Assembly: GCA_020847735.1 (NCBI GenBank)
Contig: JADLBL010000024.1
Location: forward strand, 69,355-133,354
DNA length: 64,000 nt
Origin: Candidatus Eiseniibacteriota bacterium
GTDB lineage: Bacteria; Eisenbacteria; RBG-16-71-46
Direction of reading: 5' to 3'
The notes under the pieces are model-generated. The model did no database searches, had not been told where the DNA came from, and saw nothing but the letters and a program-made list of their open reading frames with translations. The translations under genes were made by a program, and so were the position numbers. The stretch's first letter is position 1; each line of letters starts with the position of its first letter. Shown piece after piece: positions 48,027-55,136 of the stretch.

Positions 48027-49289
48027 TCAATCCGGCACGGCGGGCGCGGGTAACGGGCGGCGGCCGTACGCGATCGTGAGCGCGCCGGAACCGGCGATGA
48101 CTCCCGCCGCGATGAGCAGCGCCGCCGAGGTGCCGAGCAGCGGCGTGACCGCGGCGGCGGCCCAGATCGCGACCTGGTTGATCCCCCGCATCGCGAAGTC
48201 GCGCAGGCTGAAAACGCGGCCCCGCTGGCGCAGGTCGGTGCCCTCCTGCAGCAGCGTCTCGGTCAGCACGAAGGCCGGAGCGGCGCACAGGCCGATGAGG
48301 AAGCCGGCGATGGCGAACACCGCGAACCGGGTCGTGACCGCCATCGCGACCAGGAATCCGCCGGCCGCGAGCAGGCCGCCTCCCAGCAGCAGTGCACGCG
48401 GCAGCGACCGGCCCCGGGCGTTGACCCACCAGGTCCCGAGCGCAGCGCCGATCGCGAATGCGACCATCAGCAGCGACAGGCGCTGCGTGCCGGGAATGCT
48501 GGCGACGCGCTGGATGTGCTGGATGCCCGCGACCTGCAGGAAGCCGCCGCCCGCCCAGACGGCGCCGAGCGCGATCAGCGCGAGCCCGACCGGCCGGCTG
48601 CGCCGGACCACCGAGAAGCCTTCGAGGACCTCGTGCAGGTAGTTGGCCGGGCCGCCCGCCTGCGCGTGGGGGCGCGGCCGGCCGCGGTAACGGATCAGGG
48701 CCAGCGAACCGACCGAGACGAGGTAGGTCGCGGCGTTCACCCACATGACCGCGGTCCAGCCCCAGTGGTCCACGAGCCATCCGCCGGCGAGCGCGCCGAC
48801 GCCGGTGGCGACGATGCCGGCCACCGAGAGCAGTGTGTTCGCCGCCAGCAGCCGGTCGGGGGCGACGATCTCCGGCGTCATCGCGCTCTTGGCGGGCAGG
48901 AAGAAGACGTTGCAGGTGAACAGCAGGAAGACGACGGTGAAGACGACGGATACCGAGTGCGTCGCCGCGTAGCCGAGCGGGATCGCGGCGACGAGCAGCG
49001 CCCGCAGCGAATCGGAGACGAGCAGCGTCCGACGCAGGTTCCAGCGGTCCACCCAGGGCCCGGCGAACGGGGCGAACAGCAGGACGGGCAGCAGCATCAC
49101 GGTGCCGAGAACGCCCAGCAGGACGCTCGAGTGCCGCAGGTCCGCGAACGCGCGCGTGTGCTCGAGCAGCAGCCCGTTCAGCGCCAGAAAGTTCAGCCGC
49201 TCGCCGAGGATCGAGATCAGCTGGCCCCACCACAGGGAGGCGAAATCGCGCTGCGCGAGCAGCGGCCGCCGGTCCGCCGCCCCGTTCAT
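48027..49289 (-). CDS. MFS transporter
   Basis: 12 TM segments. N-terminus FASLWWGQLISILGERLNFLALNGLLL. ATG 49289 lies 4 nt after the upstream stop. Confidence 0.85.
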   Translation of the reverse strand: MNGAADRRPLLAQRDFASLWWGQLISILGERLNFLALNGLLLEHTRAFADLRHSSVLLGVLGTVMLLPVLLFAPFAGPWVDRWNLRRTLLVSDSLRALLVAAIPLGYAATHSVSVVFTVVFLLFTCNVFFLPAKSAMTPEIVAPDRLLAANTLLSVAGIVATGVGALAGGWLVDHWGWTAVMWVNAATYLVSVGSLALIRYRGRPRPHAQAGGPANYLHEVLEGFSVVRRSRPVGLALIALGAVWAGGGFLQVAGIQHIQRVASIPGTQRLSLLMVAFAIGAALGTWWVNARGRSLPRALLLGGGLLAAGGFLVAMAVTTRFAVFAIAGFLIGLCAAPAFVLTETLLQEGTDLRQRGRVFSLRDFAMRGINQVAIWAAAAVTPLLGTSAALLIAAGVIAGSGALTIAYGRRPLPAPAVPD

Positions 49290-49293
49290 GCGT

Positions 49294-50445
49294 TCAGGCG
49301 GCGGAGTGGCCGGACAGGCGCGCCCGCCGGTGCCCGACGGCATCGCGATAGACCGCCTCGATGCGGTCCACCACGCGTGGCCAGGCGAAGTCCAGCGACC
49401 GCCGGCGGCCCGCCTCGGCGAGTCGTCCGCGTCGTTCCGGATCGTCCACGAGCTGCGCGAGCGTGCGGGCCAGGGCGCGCACGTCGCCCGGCGGAAACGT
49501 CGCGGCGTCCCGCCCGGGCGTCACGACGCAGCGGTAACCCGGGATGTCCGAGCAGGCGACCGCCCTGCCGGAGGCCATCGCCTCGGCGAGCACGATGCCG
49601 AAGCTCTCGTTGCCGGTGGCCGGCGAGCAGAACACGTCGCCCGTCGCGTACCAGCGCGGCAGATCGGCGCTCGGCACGTGTCCGAGGAAATGAACGTGCC
49701 GCCGGGCCGCCGACGAGACCTGGGCCTCGATCTGCGGGCGCAGGTAGGAATCGCCGACGACCAGCAGTCGCGCCCGGCCGTCCGTGCGCTCGAGCACCTC
49801 GGGCATGGCGGCGATGAGATCGGAGACGCCCTTGCGGGGGTCGAGCCTGCCGACGAACAGGATGTTCACGGTCCCCGGCTCGCGCCACTGCGGAAACGGC
49901 GCCGCCAGCGGGTGGAACCGCTCGACATCCACGCCGTTCGGGATGACTTCGTAGGTTCCCGGGTAATAGATCTCGGCGGTCGCCTTCGCGGTCTCGGAGA
50001 CCGCGATCCGCCCGTCGAGTCGCGCGGTCACGCGCGAGAGCACGGGCTGGAAGAGATCCTGCAGCGTCGTCCGCCCGCCGGTCGAATGGAAGGTTCCGAC
50101 CAGCGGGCGATCGCAGACCTGGATCGCGAAGACCGGCAGGGTGGGCGCGGTCGGGCAGTGGACGTGGACGACGTCCAGGTCGAGCTCGCGCATGGCGCGC
50201 CGGAGCTGGCCCTTGAGCCCCCAGCCGACGGTGAAGTCCACGACCGCGCGGTTGAAGGGAATGAGGATGTTGTAACCGATCCGGCGCACACCGGCCGCTT
50301 CGCCGCCCTCGCCGGCGCGGAAGCGGCTCGTCAGGATCGTGACCTCGTGCCCGCGGCGCCGCAACTCGCTCGCCAGCGCGTGGACGTGCTCGGTGACGCC
50401 GCCATAGCGCGGGTAGTACGACTGCGAGACGATGCCGATCCTCAC
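49294..50445 (-). CDS. GT4 glycosyltransferase, PimA-like
   Basis: VRIGIVSQSYYPRYGGVTEHVHALASELRRRGHEVTILT resembles the PimA N-terminus. GTGA overlap with the upstream acyltransferase. Confidence 0.8.
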   Translation of the reverse strand: MRIGIVSQSYYPRYGGVTEHVHALASELRRRGHEVTILTSRFRAGEGGEAAGVRRIGYNILIPFNRAVVDFTVGWGLKGQLRRAMRELDLDVVHVHCPTAPTLPVFAIQVCDRPLVGTFHSTGGRTTLQDLFQPVLSRVTARLDGRIAVSETAKATAEIYYPGTYEVIPNGVDVERFHPLAAPFPQWREPGTVNILFVGRLDPRKGVSDLIAAMPEVLERTDGRARLLVVGDSYLRPQIEAQVSSAARRHVHFLGHVPSADLPRWYATGDVFCSPATGNESFGIVLAEAMASGRAVACSDIPGYRCVVTPGRDAATFPPGDVRALARTLAQLVDDPERRGRLAEAGRRRSLDFAWPRVVDRIEAVYRDAVGHRRARLSGHSAA

Positions 50446-51335
50446 GCCTCGACTCTCCTCGCGCCCCCGGCGTGCTCGGCGGCTCCCCCGGGGGCGGGTT
50501 CCCACATCGGCCGGAAGATGCACCACTGGTCGAGGTGCTCGCGGATGTGACGTTCGATCGTCGTCGCGACCGCCTGGTTGAGCTCGGCGGTCGAAGCGCA
50601 GGCCGCCGGGTCGAGGGGCTTCTCCATGACCATGCGGAAGCGACCGGGCGAAAGCCGTTCGCAGTAGCCGCAGATCACCTGCGCGCCGGTGCGCTGGGCG
50701 AGCACGCCGGGACCGGCCGGGAACCGGTAGGGGCGGCCGAAGAACTCGACGTCCACGCCGTGCTGGTAGATGTCGCCGTCCACCACCAGCGCGACCGGGT
50801 CGTTGTGCTCGAGCGCGCGCAGCAGCTTGCGAAATCCGTCCTCGGGCGAAACCGTCACGATGCTCAGCTCCGACTTGGTCTCGCGGACGGCGCCCGTGAG
50901 CCAGCGGCCGAGCTGGACCCCGGCCACCGCGTGGAGCGCGTAGCCGAACTGGGCGATCATCACTCCGGCCAGCTCCCAGTTGCCGATGTGCGAGGAGGCG
51001 AGGATGACGCCGCGGCCGCGGGCCAGCGCGGCCTCGAGATGCTCGCGGCCCTCGACCTCGACCGACGCGAGCAGCTGGGCGCGGGACAGGTGGGGCAGGC
51101 GGAAGAACTCGTACATCATCCGGTTGTAGCTGCGCATCATGCGGCGGGCGATCCGGACGCGGTCGCGCCGGCCGGCCCTCGGCATGGTGACGGCGAGGTT
51201 GGCCAGCGCCGCATGCCGACGGGCGGGGAAAAACCGGAAATGCACCTCCGTCAGCAGGTCGGCGAACAGATAGCCCAGCCAGGCCGGCATACCGGAAATG
51301 AGCGCTGTCAGCGAGCCGTAGACGAGTCGGGACAT
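50442..51335 (-). CDS. LpxL/HtrB-family lysophospholipid/glycolipid acyltransferase
   Basis: N-terminal membrane anchor and catalytic motif ASSHIGNWEL (HX4D/E type). Confidence 0.8.
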   Translation of the reverse strand: MSRLVYGSLTALISGMPAWLGYLFADLLTEVHFRFFPARRHAALANLAVTMPRAGRRDRVRIARRMMRSYNRMMYEFFRLPHLSRAQLLASVEVEGREHLEAALARGRGVILASSHIGNWELAGVMIAQFGYALHAVAGVQLGRWLTGAVRETKSELSIVTVSPEDGFRKLLRALEHNDPVALVVDGDIYQHGVDVEFFGRPYRFPAGPGVLAQRTGAQVICGYCERLSPGRFRMVMEKPLDPAACASTAELNQAVATTIERHIREHLDQWCIFRPMWEPAPGGAAEHAGGARRVEA

Positions 51336-51624
51336 TCCTTGGCCTCAGGATCCTCGGCCCGGTGCGGACGCGAGGGGCGGGGGGGAGCCGAACCGGCCTG
51401 GCCGGTGACCGCCCGACCGTAGGTGGACCTCTCCGGGAGTGTCAAGCACCCGGCCCGGTCCCCGCGCCGGGCCGATTCGCCGCCCCGCGCAGCCGGTACT
51501 CTCGGCTGGCAGTCGCGGAACGGCCCGGGCTAGGATGCGCCTGGCTGCAGGGACGCCGCAGCGCCTTCACGCCGGCCCCGGAACGGTCTGGCCGGCGCGG
51601 GCGCCCGTTTCGCGAGGAGGGGAC

Positions 51625-52038
51625 ATGTCGAGCCAGAAGCTCGTGCGCTGTGAGTTGATCCGCAAGGACACCGGCAATGCCCAGGTGCGCTTCGTCCCGC
51701 TCGAGATTTTCGGCCTCTGGGAGCACCTCATGAAGTCCCGGCACGCCTTCGAGGTGGTGCGGCCGCGGGCCTCGCTGTGGCTCGACATGGAGGACTCGCC
51801 GGACGCCGCCTATTCGGCCAACCAGTACGAGCGGGTGACCGAGGTCACGGCGTTCATCTACTCGGAGCACGACGAGATGTTCACGCGGGCGCGGCGTTAT
51901 TTCCCGAGCGGTGAGGCCGAGGATCTCAAGGAGATCTTCCTGTCCCACTACGCCTCGCCCGAGGGCCGCATCCAGACCCAGGTTCACGAGCGTCCGGGCA
52001 TCTGGATTCACCGCGAGGCCGTCGCCGCCCCGGCCTGA
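51625..52038 (+). CDS. Hypothetical protein (137 aa)
   Basis: Strong RBS GAGGAGGGG lies 3 nt before the ATG. Amino-acid composition is balanced (K, F, I, E, H, W present), unlike the GC artefacts. No family recognised. Confidence 0.6.
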   Translation: MSSQKLVRCELIRKDTGNAQVRFVPLEIFGLWEHLMKSRHAFEVVRPRASLWLDMEDSPDAAYSANQYERVTEVTAFIYSEHDEMFTRARRYFPSGEAEDLKEIFLSHYASPEGRIQTQVHERPGIWIHREAVAAPA

Positions 52039-52116
52039 GTTCCCGGCCCCGTTCCCCTCCACGCGACGCCGTCGGGCGGCCGCCGGGCGCTTTCCCGGGC
52101 CGGCCCAGAAAAAGCG

Positions 52117-52144
52117 TGAAGCCCCTGCCGGGCCCCGCCGATAC
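52117..52144 (+). promoter_or_regulatory. Candidate sigma28 (FliA)-type promoter upstream of the MglA-like gene
   Basis: TGAAG (52117-52121), 15 nt, GCCGATAC (52137-52144). Same geometry as the csrA promoter candidate. It would give a leader of about 200 nt. Confidence 0.4.
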
Positions 52145-52348
52145 CGGTCGCGAAGCTGGACAGGAATCGTCGCTCGCCATCGTCGAGCGCGCGAGGCGAC
52201 CGGCACGATGCCGGACCGCAGGTGGCGACCCCATCCGAAGACGGAACTCGTTTCGGCTTCCTCGAAGGCCCCGTGGAGAAAGGGCGGCAAGGGGCTCCAT
52301 GGGACTCCCTCGCGACAGGGTGGGGTCACTACAAGGAGGACATGAACC

Positions 52349-53461
52349 GTGGTCGTCGTGAGCTATTCAGGCAAGGAGATCAACGCCAAGCTGGTGTATT
52401 ACGGCGCCGGCCTGTGCGGTAAGACCACGAATCTCGAAGCCATCTACGAGGCCGTGCCCGACACGAGCCGAGGCAAGATGGTCAGCATGAAGACGCAGTC
52501 CGACCGGACGCTCTTCTTCGACCTGCTCCCGCTCGACCTGGGCGAGATCATGGGCTTCAAGACCCGGTTCCTCCTTTACACGGTCCCCGGCCAGGTGTTC
52601 TACAACGCGACGCGCAAGCTCGTGCTGAAGGGCGCGGACGCGATCGTCTTCGTCGTGGACTCCGAAGTCGGCAAGATGGAGGAGAACAAGGAGTCGCTCG
52701 CCAACCTGCGGGCCAACCTCGGCGAATACAACATCAGCCTCGACTCGCTTCCGTGGGTCATGCAGTACAACAAGCGCGACCTGCCCAACATCTATTCGAT
52801 CGACGAGCTGAACGCCGAGCTCAATCCGGGCGGCAAGGTTCCGTTCTTCGAAGGCGTGGCGCGCGAGGGCAAGGGCGTTTTCGAGACCTTCCGGGGCATC
52901 TCGCACCTGCTCATGGAAAAGGTGACCAAGGACCTGCGCCGCTCGCCCGGAGGCCGCACCGCGCCCGCCGAGCCGGCCGAGACGCACCCGCCGCGCGAGA
53001 GCGTGCGCGCGAGCGCGCCGCCCCCCGCGCCGGCCCACGTCATCCAGCACGAAGCTCAGTCGACGCCGGCGCCCCTGGACGGCGGTGACGCCGCGCGCAT
53101 CGACTACGGCCGCGAGATCGAGTTGCCCGGGAGGCAGCCCGCGGCGGCGCGCGCCGCCGAACCCGTCGGCGCCCGCGCGAGCGAGCCCGCGCCGATCAAA
53201 CCGACGCCGACCGGCGCCGGCCCCTCGATGTCCATGCAGATCCCCGCGGCTTTGCGCAATCCGGCGCCCGCCGTGGCGGCCTCGCCCGCGCCCGCGCGCG
53301 CGACGGCGACGGAACCCGCCCCCGCGCCGGTGGTGGCGGCATCGCCCGCGGCGCCCGCATCGCCCGCTCCGCAGGCCACCCGGCTCGTGGTGCCGGTCTC
53401 GATCGCCCGGGGCGGCACGTACGAGATCGTGATCAAGCTCCAGGTGGGGGACGAAAGCTGA
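52349..53461 (+). CDS. mglA: MglA-family Ras-like GTPase with ~170-aa Pro/Ala-rich C-terminal extension
   Basis: Residues 1-195 align by eye nearly colinearly with Myxococcus MglA: SGKEINAKLVYYGAGLCGKTTNL, DRTLFFD, YTVPGQVFY, QYNKRDL. RBS AAGGAGGA lies 8 nt before GTG 52349. Confidence 0.85.
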   Translation: MVVVSYSGKEINAKLVYYGAGLCGKTTNLEAIYEAVPDTSRGKMVSMKTQSDRTLFFDLLPLDLGEIMGFKTRFLLYTVPGQVFYNATRKLVLKGADAIVFVVDSEVGKMEENKESLANLRANLGEYNISLDSLPWVMQYNKRDLPNIYSIDELNAELNPGGKVPFFEGVAREGKGVFETFRGISHLLMEKVTKDLRRSPGGRTAPAEPAETHPPRESVRASAPPPAPAHVIQHEAQSTPAPLDGGDAARIDYGREIELPGRQPAAARAAEPVGARASEPAPIKPTPTGAGPSMSMQIPAALRNPAPAVAASPAPARATATEPAPAPVVAASPAAPASPAPQATRLVVPVSIARGGTYEIVIKLQVGDES

Positions 53462-53513
53462 CCTGCTGTTGACACGAGATGAACCTGGAACCCGCGCCGT
53501 CCCCAATCGTCCG

Positions 53514-53542
53514 TTGACTTGGGCCGCGCGGGTTTCTAGTTT
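53514..53542 (+). promoter_or_regulatory. Candidate sigma70-type promoter
   Basis: TTGACT (53514-53519), 17-nt spacer, TAGTTT (53537-53542). Confidence 0.3.
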
Positions 53543-53566
53543 CCTCCTGGAACGGAGGTCCACCTC

Positions 53567-54028
53567 ATGATGCGTCGCGCCTGCTTCGCCGCCCTGTTCG
53601 TCGCTTGCATGGCCGTCACCGCCCACTCGGGAACGCTGTTCGATCCGGAGGCCGTCGGCTTCACGCCCAGGGTCCCTGTCAGCGCGCTGGCGCGACCCGC
53701 GGCGTGGTTCGATCCCGCGCGGTTGCACATGAGCAGCACGATCGCGGTCGGCTCCGGCTGGGGGACGACGAGCGCTCTGCAGACGACCAGTTTCCTCTAC
53801 CAGTTCCGCGCGCCGGTCACGATGGCCGTGACCCTCGGCAACGAGTTGGGCACCGGCGGCGCGGGCCGCGGCGCGTCCTTCTTCCTGCAGGGGCTCGACC
53901 TGAGCTGGAAGCCGAGCGGAAACTCGATGATCCGGCTCCAGTTCCAGGACCTGCGTTCGCCGTTGCAGTACGGCCACGGCTACGGCAACGGCAGCTACGG
54001 CTTCGGGAATCCGTACCTGGGCTGGTGA
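53567..54028 (+). CDS. Small secreted / outer-membrane-like protein
   Basis: Signal peptide MMRRACFAALFVACMAVTAHS. Gly/Ser/Thr-rich alternating pattern. C-terminal aromatic residue (…NPYLGW). Confidence 0.6.
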   Translation: MMRRACFAALFVACMAVTAHSGTLFDPEAVGFTPRVPVSALARPAAWFDPARLHMSSTIAVGSGWGTTSALQTTSFLYQFRAPVTMAVTLGNELGTGGAGRGASFFLQGLDLSWKPSGNSMIRLQFQDLRSPLQYGHGYGNGSYGFGNPYLGW

Positions 54029-54034
54029 GCCCGC

Positions 54035-54850
54035 GTGAGTGATTCACGCCTGCGGGCCGCGTTCGCCGCCCGCGCCGGCCGCACCGGATTCATTCCGTTC
54101 GTCACCGCCGGCTATCCGTCCCTCGACGACACGTTCGAGATGCTTCGCGCCTTCGAGCACGAGGGCGCGCTGGCCGCCGAGGTCGGCATCCCGTTCTCCG
54201 ACCCGATCGCGGACGGTCCCGAGATCCAGCGCGCCTCGGAATGGGCGCTGCGCGCCGGCGTCACGACCGGAGCCATCTTCGAGATGCTGGCGCGCTTCCG
54301 CGCCGCCTCGTCGCTCCCGCTCGTGGTGATGACCTACGCGAACCCGGTCGTGCGCGCGGGAGTCGCGTCGTTCGCGGCGCGCGCGAAGGCCGCCGGCGTG
54401 GACGGCGTGATCGTTTCGGATCTGCCGCCCGACGAGGCCCCGGAGTGGTGGAACGAGTTCGATCGTGCCGGGCTCGAGACCATCGTGCTGGTCGCGCCCA
54501 CGACCGACGACGCCCGGCTGCCGATGCTGCTCGCGCGCAGCCGCGCCTTCATCTATTGCCTCGCGCGCACGGGCGTGACGGGACGTGGGGAGGGCTGGTC
54601 GGGCTCGATTCCGGAAAGGATCGCGCAACTCCGGCGTCACAGTCCGCTGCCGGTCGCGGTCGGATTCGGCATCTCGAGCGGCGAAGACGCAACTCGCCTG
54701 CGAGGGCAGGCCGACGCGGTCGTCGTCGGAGCGGCGTTCATGCGGCGCGTCGCCGAGGACCCCGCGCGCGGAGCGGTGCAACGCGTCGCGATGCTGGCCC
54801 GCGAACTCGCGGATGCGCTTAGCGACGGGAATCACACTCCGGAAGCCTGA
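54035..54850 (+). CDS. trpA: Tryptophan synthase alpha chain
   Basis: IPFVTAGYPS and GIPFSDPIADGP motifs. 271 aa. Confidence 0.9.
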   Translation: MSDSRLRAAFAARAGRTGFIPFVTAGYPSLDDTFEMLRAFEHEGALAAEVGIPFSDPIADGPEIQRASEWALRAGVTTGAIFEMLARFRAASSLPLVVMTYANPVVRAGVASFAARAKAAGVDGVIVSDLPPDEAPEWWNEFDRAGLETIVLVAPTTDDARLPMLLARSRAFIYCLARTGVTGRGEGWSGSIPERIAQLRRHSPLPVAVGFGISSGEDATRLRGQADAVVVGAAFMRRVAEDPARGAVQRVAMLARELADALSDGNHTPEA

Positions 54851-54879
54851 GTCCGGAAGCCTGAGTCCGGAGGCCCGAG
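54838..54879. repeat. 14-bp tandem repeat, three units
   Basis: Units are TCCGGAAGCCTGAG, TCCGGAAGCCTGAG and TCCGGAGGCCCGAG. The trpA stop codon (54848-54850) lies in unit 1. The complementary CTTCCGG occurs at 54891-54897. Confidence 0.85.
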
Positions 54880-54923
54880 TCCGCCCCGAACTTCCGGCGT
54901 CCACCCGGTGAACGGCGTGGGCG

Positions 54924-54957
54924 AGCGGCTCCCTGCGGACGGCGCCCGGGAGCCGCT
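54924..54957. terminator. Hairpin between convergent trpA and phosphatase transcription units
   Basis: 10-bp stem AGCGGCTCCC / GGGAGCCGCT with a 14-nt loop. Confidence 0.45.
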
Positions 54958-55136
54958 TCCCGGTCAGTGATTCAGCGCCTGATCCACCACAGCAGGTCCA
55001 GCAGGACCATCACAAGCCCGACGTCCACGGTGCACCTCCGACTTCGAGGGCTCGCGACTTCCGTCGCGAGGTCAACCGTCGCGATCGGCCGCCCGTGGGT
55101 TGGCGACACGGGCGGGGGAGACGGCATCCTGTCGTC

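Noticed and set aside
51625-52038. The hypothetical gene upstream of mglA as a possible MglB (Roadblock/LC7 GAP).
   Set aside because: I could see no Roadblock/LC7-like sequence pattern. The gene is separated from mglA by 310 nt that contain a promoter-like element. It is kept as hypothetical.
54838-54879. The tandem repeat as a possible CRISPR or other array.
   Set aside because: It has only three directly abutting 14-bp units with no spacers. No cas genes are present in the window.
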